64,000 nucleotides of DNA from Centroscyllium fabricii (lineage: Eukaryota), in NCBI GenBank assembly GCA_051313645.2, contig JBNRSN020000032.1, forward strand, positions 23,560,001-23,624,000. Reading direction: 5' to 3'. Shown here in pieces: positions 23,826 to 36,443 of the stretch. Both the position numbers and the translations under genes were made by a program. The notes below the pieces were generated by a model that worked only from the letters and a program-made list of their open reading frames with translations, had not been told where the DNA came from and did not search any database. Numbering within the stretch: the first letter of the stretch is position 1; the number at the start of each line of letters is the position of its first letter.

Positions 23826-26746
23826 CATTGCTTCAGCTGATTACTTGACAGCATGAAAAACAAACCAAAATAAAAATATGTTGATTACACCAGCTATAAA
23901 ATTGATGCCGATTATGTTCTACTTGAAAAGCTACTGGTAAATGTTAATTCAGAAATTCCTGAAGGGATGAGTGCTGAAGGCTCCCCTCCAACTCTGGATG
24001 ATGGGGGAAATGCATTTTTCGCTGGCTATTCTCGGCTGTTGTCTTCCAACTCAACAGTAATTGCAGTGAATTGATCTGCACTATAAAAAAATGACATATA
24101 CAACTTAAATAAATTTTTGTGTTGTTTCTCGGCAATTTTTTCTCAGAGTATACTGTGATTGTCCCGTTACACAGTAAATCAAGTCATCAACCATAACAAT
24201 TTCATTCTCATCACTCATTCCACTGGTTCAATTTGCTTTCAGTCCCTGAATATGACTAATTTACTTTTTCAGTCTGAGACTTTAGGGGTGAATTTCTGCA
24301 GAGGTTCTCTCACTTGTCAATTGTTAACTTCAACAGAAGAGCTGCAGAAATCTCAGAAACACATTGCAAGCAGCGCTTACACTGTTCGTCAGGCTTTCCA
24401 CGGCCCTTCCACTGAACCTGTATAAGATTGTAAATCCACCATTTCAAAATTACATTTAAAATCTGCTTAATTTTACATATTACCTGTACACACACATCTT
24501 TTGTTTGTACTAGTTACTGATATCAAGATTTGTGACTGAAGCACCAATAACTTCCCAATTAATGCACTTTTTAAATTATGTTTTTGATCGTATTTGTAGA
24601 TGGCATAATATTACTTAATGATAATGGCCCTACATTTGCGATTGTTGTTTAGAAACACATAGACTCAATGGGCCGAATAGCCTCCTCCTGTGCAGTATAA
24701 TCCTATGATAAAATGCCACCTTTGAGCTCAAGGACATTGAAATGACAGCTGGGATTGTAATGTAGGGCTATTAATCGGATAGTGTTACAAAAATAAATTT
24801 TCGCGCTGCTGATAACATTTGACATGAAACTAGATAGTGAAGTATTATTTTTGTACAAGGCTTTCCTGTATCAAGCCAAACACCAATAGCTTCATTTTTA
24901 AGCAATGCCCCAAACTTGAATGGCTTTATGACTTCTGTGCATAATAGCAGATTTATATTTTTTCTTCCTTTTCACAAGTCTTCCAAATGGTATCTCATTG
25001 ATATAGCCGGAGGTAAGTGGTGCAAAATGCGCCTATGCTTTCCCTTTATATCAGCCCTGTTCCCTCACAGTGTTTTTAAGAAGTACCTCATGCAAACTTG
25101 AATAGAGGTGCAGCATATCAGTCGCCTGAAGTGCCTGTCCCCTGCAGAGATGGAAGGAAAACCAACTGGGCAATTACCCCGGGTTGCTCTCGCACAGCCC
25201 CCAGCAATTGGCTTAGTGCAGCATTGCCAAAATCTTGCCAGTAGCCCGCCTACTCCTCCACTGAAGCAATGTAGCATGGGCAGAGAGAAAATACATTTTA
25301 CTAAAGAGAAACAGTTCCAGTGAGTTGCTGCAGCATGATGACTATTACGTGTCCCCTATCTTCCAAAAAAATAGCTATTAGTGTTCCCTTTGACAGCATT
25401 TCCCCATTGGTGTGAGAATGAGTGCAAACACTGATAGATTCAGAGAAGCACATGTTAAAAGTACATGATGGGGGACGGGGAACCATTTATTATCAGGAAA
25501 AATGTCCCACAGAAAATATTTAAATCAATAGTCAAGGTCACCATCCAAAATGATACAACAAACATTTTAAAGCAACAGTGGTGTAAAAAATTCACAGTAA
25601 GATTAGAAATGACTACATGGAAAGAAGTGTGGCTCATGTGCACTTTCAAACTCATATCAAAAAGGTCAAGAAAAAGACAGGGAGAACATGGTACTGCTTG
25701 GCTGAAAAGGTAAACTTGACAGGTCCCATCACGCCTACTTCATTCAATTCAGTACTTTTGAAAAATAAGATTTTCTATATGTTCACCAAAAACCCTGTAA
25801 TCCAAATGGATTAAAGGCCACACTTTGCACTGGAAGTCAACTTTCATCTCGGTTACTGAGTGCAATTTTAGTGGTTTGGATTTGTCATTAAGCTTGAGGG
25901 CTAAGGTCAGTTTGAGTTAAATTTCAATCACCTCCAGTAATGGGTACACACTGAAACTGAAAAAGCTTGACTGATCATAAAGCACTAATAATGAGATCCA
26001 CATTTTGAACAAAAGCCACAAATCTGCAAACAAAACATATTAATGAGATGGATGCACGAGTGAGCCATGCCATTAGATGCCGATGCAATAACCCTTTCAC
26101 AGGTTGATTGCTGAGCTGGTTTGAAGTCTATTGAACAACATACAAGTCCTGTTTATGTTTTTGCAAGGACATAATGCTGTACATTTTTGTTTAGACTTTG
26201 TTTCAGTGTATTTTTGTTTAAGTTAATTACAGTTATGTTACTGATGCCATTTTCTGACCTTACTTTCTTGACTAACATTCCTAACTGCTCCCACTCACCT
26301 GCCGTGGGTAGTGCAATTTTTGAGTTGACCATTTAAAATGCTATCTAAAGAGATCCTCAGCTGCTCTCTGGTAAAGTTGTATGGAACTGTTAGAGCAGGT
26401 TTTCTTGCATGAAGATGTTTGACCTTAAAAGTTTTAAAAGTGCTTGTAGTTGCTATTATAGACTCTGATTTGTTAAAGGGATTCTGGCATTGCAGTTGTT
26501 TCTTGATGAAGGTTCTTTTAGATCCACTAAGGGAGGAAGAGGAGTGAGAGCAGCAGCAGGAGAGAGTAAGCAGAACTGCAGCTGAAGTGGGTGTAGATAG
26601 AAAGGTGAGTGCTTGGTGGAATCTTTACCATCCCAACAGAGTTTACAGGTTAAGAACAACAAATCTGCAGTTCTCAGATGAACAATGTATAAAGAGGCTC
26701 TGATGCTACAGGACAGCAGTGATAGAGTTGATAGAAAAGTGCATAC

Positions 26747-26959
26747 TGTTGAGTCCGTGCTATGTGTCTATTATAACAACAGACTAGACTCCAAGGTATA
26801 AAACAAGGCGGTGTTTATTCTACAATTACAGCAGATGGAACTGAGCATATCGCTCCACGTACAAACTTATATACACTTGTGGTAGACTGCAGTACTGCAG
26901 TATTACGGCACTACACAAAGTAGTGCCCAGTAGAATTACTTAAAGGCACATACACAACA
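26747..26959 (-). repeat. 3' LTR of Mag-like element
   Basis: TGTTG...CAACA; direct repeat of 40328-40539. Confidence 0.95.
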
Positions 26960-27390
26960 TTCCTCCCCTCTTAATTTACTTTTACGTTTATAATGTTTCA
27001 GAATATGAGGGGTCTAACAATTAACGATTTATACAACAGCAGTATATGTATATGTTTAAAGGTTCAGTCTCTGAGGGGCTCTGCGGCCTCTAGCCGGATA
27101 CCGTCTTCTAACGGCCGGTGCAGTAGTGGTCCTTGGTGACTCACTGTCCACATCTACCTCCGGTAGACCGTCCTCAAGTGCCTCGTCTTCTGTGGTAGTG
27201 TCCTGGGAGATCGTCTGTTCGGTCAGTACCGTGGCCTTAGGCAACTTTTTAGTGGCTACCGTAGCCTTCATGATTTGATCAGCATGTCTTCTAATTTGCC
27301 CCTCTGGTGTGTCTACAGTGTACGATAATGGTCCTTGTTGATGGCTGATACTTCCGGCCTCCCATTTATCATTTCAATAGTCTCTGGCCA

Positions 27391-28306
27391 TTATCCTGAT
27401 CCTTTGAGCCAATATAATTGTGCTGTATTGTCGTGATTCCTTGCCTTACTAACATAGCCACCCCACCTCCCTGTCCTTCCTGCCTGTCCCTCCTAATAGT
27501 TAAATACCCTTGTATGTTTAATTCCCGGTACTGGTCACCCTGTAGCCATGTTTCTGTAATTGCCACACATATGTAATTATTTGTGCCGTCAAATCGTCTA
27601 TTTTGTTACAGCCTGGCTGTCATCCGGCATCCTCTCCAACTTCTACCGCTGCACAATAGAAAGCATACTGACAAGCTGCATCACTGTCTGGTATGGTAAT
27701 TGCACTATCTCGGACCGGAAAACCCTGCAGCGGGTAGTCAAAACTGCCCAACGAATTACCGGTACACAGCTACCGTCAATGGAAAGCATCTACCTCAAAC
27801 GCTGCTTACGGAGGTCTATGAACATTATTAAAGACCCCACACACCCCAGCCACAGTCTGTTCGCCCCCCTGCCCTCCGGGAGACGCTACAGAGCAATTTG
27901 CACCCGCACGACTAGATTTCAGAACAGCTTCTTCCCCAGGGCTGTCAGCCTCCTGAACTCTAAAAAGAAACTCCGGCACCTGCATGCCTGATAATGTACT
28001 TTACTGTATGCAATTTGCATGTAATTTATTTATTTTATTTGCACTACTCTCGGGAGAGTTGAGTCTTCATCTCGTTGTATTGTACTAGTACTCTGCAATG
28101 ACAATAAAACTTGAATTGAATTGAATTGAATTGAATACTATGTGCATTCAAATAAAGGACTTTCAAATATGTTTGACACTTCATTCCTGCTTTTTCCCTT
28201 TTTACAACTTTACCTTTATCTCCATACATTCTTTCCCTTCCTGACACACTCTGTCTTTCAATTCACCCGTTGTTACCTATGTCCGTTACCTTCTCCAGTG
28301 TCGTTT
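27391..28306 (-). repeat. Inverted copy of CR1 segment 30374-30766, split by Rex1
   Basis: 27391-27609 and 28136-28306 are reverse complements of contiguous CR1 sequence. Confidence 0.85.
27612..28136 (+). mobile_element. Rex1/Babar 3' fragment
   Basis: [18 protein letters not shown]...NSFFPRAV; (GAATT)n tail. Confidence 0.9.
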
Positions 28307-29381
28307 GTATTACCTCTGGCCATTTGGAATGGGTATCCACTACCACAGGAACATGACGTCCATAAATGGCCCAGCGAAATCAATGTGAATCCTTTGCCAC
28401 GGGGATGATGGCCACTCCCAAGGGTGTAGGGGTGCCTGGGGCGGTGCATTCTGCACCATCTGGCAACCTGAACATTCTTTTGCCAGTTGTTCGATGTCTT
28501 TGTCAATTCCCGGCCACCACACGTATACCCTGGCTAGGGACTTCAACTTGACCCCGCCCAAGTGTCCTTCGTGTAGGTCACTTGAGACTTTCTTTCGTAA
28601 TTTGAGTGGAATCACCACTCTTGCCCCGCACATTAACATGCCCCGGCAGACCGACAACTGGTCTTTTCTTGTCGCACAATCTGGCCATAGGGTTAGATCC
28701 TCCCTGAACCATCCTTTTACCGCGATGCTGTGAATTTTTGACAGGATGGGGTAATTCCTAGTTTCACTTTCTATTTGCTGGCTGGTAACGAGTAAATGTT
28801 CCACCACTGCCGTGTGATACAGTTCTAAAGGATCTTGTTGTCCCCCCTCTCCTGTTTCTGGCAGGGGAAACCGAGACAGGCTGTGAGCTGGGAGTAAGTT
28901 CAAAAGTGGTGAAGTTGTGAAAAGGTTGCTGAAGTATATTTTATTTTATTTATTTATTTATTTAAGAGAGTTTAAGTTAAAAATAAATTAAATTTATTCA
29001 TTTAAAAGTATTTTGAAGAAGACAGGAAGTTGAACAGGCTTTAAAAAGGGGCGGGACTTAGTGCAGCGCGCAAGGAGTGTGGAGGGCATAGAGTGCTAGC
29101 GACAGTTTGGTAAGTGGGAGAGTTCGGCAAGTGGGAGATGAAGGGGTCCTTGTCTGGTTTGCTTCTGTCCCAAATCTTAGGGTCAGCCAATACCACCGAG
29201 GAGGAGTGGCAGGGCAATCTGAAGGAGGTTGGTAATCAGCTGGTTGGTAAGTACTCTTGCTTCCCTTTTACACTTTATACCTTATAAGTGGAAAGTGCTA
29301 TTAAATAGCGTGATATTCAGCTATATCGGGGCAAAGGGTTTTTTGCGTAAGTAACAATAATAACTTTAATTAAATATATAG

Positions 29382-30339
29382 AATGGGTGAGTAAGTGATG
29401 TGTTACTGCTGCGAGATGTGGGAGTTCGTGGACACCATTGATGCTTGCGGTGACCACATTTGCGACAAGTGTTTGTTGCTCGAGGAACTCTGGCTTCGTG
29501 TTGATGAGCTGCAGTCCGAGTTTCAGACACTGTGACACATCAGGGAGGGGGAGAGTTACCTGGACTTTGTGTTACAGGAGATAGCCACAACAAATAGATT
29601 AATTAACTTAAATGTAGATCGTGGTCAGGGACAGGATGATGTGACTATGAGTGAGGCAGGTACTGGAATCCTGGAGGTAGTGTTGGAAGAGACGCAGACC
29701 ATGCTCTTGTCCAACAGGTTTGAGACTCTTACTCCCTGTGAGGGCGGGAGTGGGGACTGTGGGGTGGATGAGCAACCTGGCCACAGCACCGTGGAACGGG
29801 AGGCCATTCAAGAGGGGGGAGTTAATAGAAATGTTGTAGTGGTAGGGGACAGTATCATCAGGGGGATAGATAGGATTCTCTGCAACCGAGAGCGGGAGTC
29901 CCGAAGGCTGTGTTGCCTGCCCGGTGCCAGGGTTAAGGACATCTCTTCTGGGCTGGTGAGAAACTTGCAGTGGGAGGGGGAGGATCCAGTTGTCCTGGTA
30001 CATGTTAGTACCAAAGACATAGATAAAACAAGGAAGAAGGTTCTGTTTCAGGAGTATGAGCAGCTAGGGGTCAAACTAAAAAACAGAACCTCAAGGGTAA
30101 TAATCTCTGGGTTATTACCTGAGCCACGAGCAAATTTGGATAGGGTACATAAAAATAGGGAGTTAAATGCGTGGCTCAATGACTGGTGTGGGAGAAGTGA
30201 GTTTTGCTTCTTGGGACACTGGCACTAGTACTGGGACAGGAGAGAACTGTTCCGTCGGGACGGGCTTCACCTGAACCGGGCTGGGACCAGTGTCCTGGCG
30301 AATCATATAACTAGGGCTGTAGAGAGGGCTTTAAACTAA
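29382..30339 (+). pseudogene. CR1 ORF1 (Cys-rich N-terminus plus SGNH esterase-like domain)
   Basis: HICDKC; VVVGDSIIR; CLPGARVKD; VHVSTKD; DGLHLN; internal stops. Confidence 0.85.
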
Positions 30340-30498
30340 TTAGTGGTGGGGAGGTTTCTCGAGAGCAAATAAATAAAATGACACTGAAGAAGGTAATGGA
30401 CATAGGTAACAACGGGCGAATTAAAAGACAGAGTGTGTCAGGAAGGGAAAGAATGTATGGAGATAAGGGTAAAGTTGTAAAAAGGGATAAAGCAGGAA

Positions 30499-33400
30499 TG
30501 AAGTGTCAAACATATTTGAAAGTCCTTTATTTGAATGCACATAGTATTCGTAACAAAATAGATGATTTGACGGCACAAATAATTACATATGTGTGGCAAT
30601 TACAGAAACATGGCTACAGGGTGACCAGTACCGGGAATTAAACATACAATGTATTTAACAATTAGGAGGGACAGGCATGAAGGAAAGGGAGGTGGGGTGG
30701 CTATGTTAATAAGGCAAGGAATCACGACAATACAGCAAAATTATATTGGCTCAAAGGATCAGGATAGTGAAAGAGTTTGGGTTGAAATAAGAAATAATAA
30801 AGGGAAAAAACCACTGGTGGGCATAGTCTATAGGCCTCCAAACACTTGTAACTCAGTTGGTCGGAGTATAAATCAGGAAATAGTTGGTGTTTGTAATAAG
30901 GGAACTGCTATAATTATGGGGGATTTTAACTTTCATATTGACTGGACTAATCAAGTTGGACAGGGCAGCCTTGAGGAAGAGTTCATTGAGTTTATTAAGG
31001 ATGGGTTCCTTGAGCAGTACGTAACTGAGCCAACCAGCGGGTAAGCAATCTTAGATCTGGTCCTGTGTAATGAGACAGGATTAATAAAAAATGTCCTGGT
31101 GAAGGATCCCCTTGGAATGAGTGACCATAACATGGTCGAATTCCAAATTCAATTAGAGGGTGAGAGGGTTGGATCTCAAACAAGCATACTGAGCTTAAAT
31201 AAAGGAGACTATGATGGTATGAGAGTGGAATTGATTAAGGTGGACTGGGAAAACAGATTAAAGGGTAAGACGGTACATGATCAGTGGTGTGTATTCAAGG
31301 AGTTATTTTACAACTTTCAAGAAAAATATATTCCACTGAGGAAAAAAGGGTGTAAAAGAAAAAGCAGCTATCCATGGCTAAGTAAAGTAATAAATGAGAG
31401 TATCCGACTAAAAACAAGGTTATATAAGGTAGCTAAATCTAATGGGAAGATAGAAGATCGGGAAGCTTTTAAAAGTCAGCAAAAATAACAAAAAGATTGA
31501 TTAAGAAAGGGAAGATAGATTATGAAAGTAAATTAGCAAAAAATATAAAAACAGATAGCAAGAGTTTCTATAGTTACATAAAAAGAAAAAGGGTGGATAA
31601 AGTAAATGTTGGTCCTTTAGAGGATTATACCGGGAAATTAATGGTAGGGTACATGGAGATGGCAAAAGCGCCAAACAAATATTGTGTATCAGTCTTTACA
31701 GTAGAGGACACTCAAAATATCCCAAGATTGGATAAATAGGTGGCTCTAGGGGGGGAGGAGCTAATTACGATTAAAGTCACTAAGGAAGTGGTACTCGGTA
31801 AAATAATGGGTCTTAAGGAGGATAAATCCCCTGGACCTGATGGCTTACATCCTAGGGTCTTGAGGGAAGTGGCGGTAGGGATTGTAGATGCATTGGTAAT
31901 AAGTTTTCAAAACTTTCTGGACTCGGCAAAGGTTCCGGCAGATTGGAAAACTGCTAATGTAATGCCTTTATTTAAAAAGGGTAATAGACAGAAGGCTGGA
32001 AATTATAGACCAGTTAGCCTAACATCTGTGGTTGGCAAAATGTTAGAATCCATTATTAAGGAAACAGTAACAGGGCATTTGGATAAACATAATTTAATAG
32101 GACAAAGGCTGCATGGTTTTACAAAGGGGAAGTCATGTTTGAAAAATTTGCTAGAGTTCTTTGAGGACATAACATACAGGGTGGATAAAGGGGAACCAGT
32201 GGATGTAGTGTATTTAGACTTCCAAAAGGCATTTGACAAGGTGCCCCACAAAAGATTATTACTCAAGATAAAAAAATCATGGGATTGGGGGTAATATTCT
32301 GGCATGGGTGGAGGATTGGCTTTCTAACAGAAAACAGAGAGTTGGGATAAATGGTTCATTCTTAGACTGGCAGTCAGTGACTAGTGGTGTTCCGCAAGGG
32401 TCGGTGCTGGGACCCCAACTCTTTACAATCTATATTAATGATTTGGAGGAAGGGACCAAGTGCAACATATCAAAGTTTGCGGATGACACAAAGATGGGAA
32501 GGAGGGTGATGAGTGAGGAGGACATTAAAAACCTGCAAAAGGACAGAGATAGGCTAAGTGAGTGGGCAGAGATTTGGCAGATGGAGTATAATACTGGAAA
32601 GTGTGAAGTTATGCACTTTGGCAGGAAAAATAATAGAGCGAGTTATTATCTAAATGAAAAGAAACTGGAAAGTACTTCAGTGCAACGGGATCTGGGGGTC
32701 CTGGTGCAGGAAACACAAAAAGTTAATATGCAGGTGCAGCAGGTGGTCAGGAAAGCCAACGGAATGTTGGCTTTTATTGCTAAGGGGATGGAGTATAAAA
32801 GCAGGGAGGTCTTGCTGCAGTTGTACAGGGTATTGGTGAGACCACACCTGGAATACTGCGTGCAGTTCTGGTATCCATATTTAAGAAAGGACATACTTGT
32901 TCTCGAGGCAGTGCAAACATAGAAACATAGAAACATAGAAAATAGGTGCAGGAGTAGACCATTCGGCCCGTCGAGCCTGCACCGCCATTCAATACGTTCA
33001 TGGCTGAACACAAGAACACAACACAAGAGCACAAGAACAGAAGACACAAGAACACAGGAACACAAGAACACAAGAACCCCATAAATAGGAGCAGGACTAG
33101 GCCAATCGGCCCCCCGAGCCCGCCCCCTCACCCATCAAGATCATTGCTGATCCTACCCTAACCTTCGTACCACTATCACCCTTCTCCCACCCAAAGAACC
33201 GTGTGATCTCCTGGGAGAGGCGAAAAACCGGATAAAAACCCAGGTCCAATTTGGGAAAATAAACACAATCCAGGCGATCGAAACTTGTCCAGGAGATCAC
33301 TCAGGTCTTACTATACTAACCATAACTCAGGTCCACTTCCCTGCCCGCTCCCCTAATTCCCTTGTCAGCTAAAAAACAGTCTATTTAATGTTCCCGCTTC

Positions 33401-33793
33401 CACAGCTCCCTGAGGCAGTGAATTCCATAGATTAACCGGTTAATTCCGGGGATGAGGGGGCTAACATATGATGAGAGGCTGAGTAGATTGGGCCTCTACT
33501 CATTGGAGTTCAGAAGAATGAGAGGCGATCTTATTGAAACATATAAGATTATGAGAGGGCTTGATCGGGTGGATGCGGTGAGGATGTTCCCTATGGCAGG
33601 TTAAACTAGGACTAGGGGGCATGATCTTAAAATAAGGGGCTGCCATTTCAAAACTGAGATGAGGAGAAACTTCTTCACTCAGAGGGTGGTGGGGCTGTGG
33701 AATTTGCTGCCTCAGAGAGCTGTGGAAGCTACTACATTGAATAAATTTAAAACAGAGATCGACAGTTTCCTGGAAGTAAAGGGAATTAGGGGT
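30499..33793 (+). pseudogene. CR1 ORF2 (endonuclease-RT), fragmented
   Basis: LYLNAHSIRNK, IVYRPP, MGDFN, KSPGPDG, GVPQGSVLGP, SKFADDTK; stops and frameshifts. Confidence 0.9.
32916..33437 (-). mobile_element. Two stacked antisense CR1 3' ends inserted in the CR1
   Basis: (AAACATAG)n plus stem-loop, then (AACACAAG)n plus a 3' UTR matching 15400-15690 in reverse. Confidence 0.8.
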
Positions 33794-34990
33794 TGTGGTA
33801 AACTGTTATTACTGTTTACCACCAATCTGTATTGTACATAGTTCACTCTTGCCTGTTGTACATGGTTCACTGTATTTTATTAAACAGGGTCACCTCTTGT
33901 CTACTTGTCTACCTGGGAGGACTCAGCCGGCCCCTCCTCCTGGCTCCACCCACATACCCAGGTATAAAGGTGGCAGCCATGTCGACCGCATGGCATTCCC
34001 AGGACCAGCTATCATCTAGACCTGTACTCCTGTTCTTGTCAATAAAAGCCTCAGTTACTTTTCTCCTCGTCTCGCAGTAATTGATTGTGCATCAATTTTA
34101 TTGACAAGATTTTTCACCGATGGACAAAATATTAAGGCCCGATCGTTTGGAGTTAGAATCGCAGTCGCCGGACACAGCACGGAGTTTCGCGCACTGGCTC
34201 AAGTGCTTCGAATCCTTTTTGGCGGAGTCAAGCGAAACCGTCACCACGGACGCCCGGAAGCTGACAGTCCTGCAGTCTTGGGTAAGCCCAGCCATCTATA
34301 CGCTGATTGAGGGCGAAAACACCTATGTGAGTGCCCTGCAAGTCCTTAAGGACCAATTCGAGGCCCCGACCAACGAGGTCTACGCTAGGCACCTCCTGCT
34401 GAGCCGAAAGCAGCAGCCCGGCGAGTCCATTACGGACTTTATTGCAGCGCTGCGGGTACTCGGGTGGGCCTGCCACTGCTGGCAAGTAACGGCCCAGACC
34501 AACACGGACGACCTGATCCGCGATGCTATCGTGGCGGCCATAAACTCCACTTACACCCGCCAGCGGCTCCTGGAGCAAGACGGGCTCGATTTAAAAAGAG
34601 CTACAGCCCTGGCGCAATCGCTGAACGCAGCGCATCGGAATCTGGAGGTGTTCGAGCAGCTGGCGACCTCGTGGACATCGCGGGCATGGGTAGGATCGAC
34701 CCCCACCGCACCTCCCCTGCTAGCGTCCGCAGCGGCGTCCCGGGCGCAGAAATGCTACTTCTGCGGCCTCCCTAAACACCCCAGACAGCGCTGCCCTGCG
34801 AGAAACGCAACGTGCTGGAGTTGCAGAAAGAAGGGCCACTATGCGAACGTCTGCAAGGCAAGATCCTCCCCAACCCTAGCAGCGCAGCGTGTGCACCCTG
34901 CAGCGGCCATCTTACCCCACCGCATGGTGATCCTGGCAGCAGCCATCTTGGATAAGGCGGCCATCTTGAACAGGCCGCATGTGGACTCTA
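33794..34990 (+). mobile_element. Truncated Gypsy element: 5' LTR (33794-34094) plus gag, no tRNA PBS
   Basis: TGTGG...CATCA with TATAAA and AATAAA; gag from 34120 (MDKILRPDRLE, NEVYARHLL, CYFC..HPRQRCPA, CWSCRKKGHYANVC). Confidence 0.9.
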
Positions 34991-36000
34991 ATAGCATTTC
35001 TAGATTGACCAAATGTTCCCCATCCGTTTCTCCCATTACTAGAATGTCATCCAGGTAGCATTGTGTCCCTGGAATACCTTGCAATACCTGGTCCATGGCC
35101 CTCTGCCATATGGATGGAGCTGACGCAATCCCGAATACCATTCGGTTATATTGATACAGCCCTTTATGTGTATTAATCATCAGCAGCTTCCTGGAATCCT
35201 ATTCCACCTCCATCTGCAAGTACACTTGCGAAAGGTCAATCTTACTAAAGCGTTTCCCACCTGCTAAAGAAGCAAAAATGTCTTCAATTCTTGGTAATGG
35301 GTACTGTACAAACTTTAGAACAGGATTAATGGTTATTTTGAAGTCCCCGCAAAAGCGGACTTTTTTCTGTTCACCCTCTTTGTTCAGTGTTCTTTTTATT
35401 ACTGGCACAATGGGCGTTGCCCACTCGCTCCATTTGACCTTCGACAAGACCCCTTCTGATTCTAAGGCCTCTAATTCTGCCTCCACAGCCGGTCTTATGC
35501 TGTATGGCATCGGCCGTGCTTTCGCAAATATTGGTGTGGCCTCCTGTGCAATCATCACTTTAGCAATAATGTTCTTTAATTTCCCCAGCCCAGGTTGGTA
35601 AACCTCTGGGGTTTTCTCTAATATTGTGGTTAGTCTCCGAGCAACCGATGGTTTATCATCGGTCTTAATCGAAATCTGGAGCTTTTTTATTGTACTCCAG
35701 TCGAGGTGGTTCCTCCCGATCCATTCCCGCCCCAGAAGTGGTTCTCCACCATCCCTCAGGACATATAGGTATAGTCCCTTTACTTCTTTGTCCTTATATT
35801 GGACTGTTACGGGCAGCCTCCCCATTGTCCGGAACTTCTGTCCCGTATATGTTTTTAAAATAATCGGCGATTCTTCTAAAGGCACCCCTCTGAATGTCTT
35901 TCTGAAAACTTTTTAATTGATCACAGAGAGTGCTGACCCCGTATCTAATTCCATTGACATCTCAACTCCCGCAACCTTGAGGAGAACACTGTAGAATTGA
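34990..36000 (-). pseudogene. Protease-RT portion of the Mag-like pol
   Basis: MELDTGSALSV; YPLPRIEDIFASL; FSKIDL; YNRMVFGIASAP; CYLDD. Confidence 0.9.
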
Positions 36001-36443
36001 CCATATTGTGGACTTTGAGACTTCCGAGACCCCATTCTTCCCTATTTGAATTTTCTGATTTGTCACCCGAACCATCTTCAGAGAGTTTGTGTAACTTCTT
36101 TGACCTGGTCTTTTTCTGTAATATTTTAGGTAGCTTCCCAGATCAGCAAACCGCCGCTATATGGTCTATCTTGCTGCACTGTCGACAATCGTTATCTTTA
36201 GCCCAACACTTGCTCTGGTCATGTGTGGTCGTGCCACAGCGGTAGCACTTTTTAGTGCGGGTTGTAATTTCATGGGTATCATAGTAGATCCCCTTGTTTC
36301 TTATCTCTGCTACCCCCACAGCAGCTGCCTTGTGTGCTGCTGCGATTTCTATCGCCTACTCTAGCATGAGCGTCTATTTGACTAATAGTCTCTTTTGGGT
36401 AGATTCATCCAAAATTCCACACACAAATCTGTCCCTTAAGTAG

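Larger units (their letters stand above)
28880..33793 (+). mobile_element. CR1 LINE, essentially full-length, degenerate
   Basis: 5' UTR, ORF1 and ORF2 with APE and RT (FADD); several stops; 3' end interrupted by an LTR at 33794. Confidence 0.9.

Noticed and set aside
25465-25814. Short ORFs as host exons
   Set aside because: No recognisable homology or consistent splice structure
34839-35058. Overlapping sense/antisense ORFs
   Set aside because: Artefact of the deletion junction between two oppositely oriented Gypsy elements
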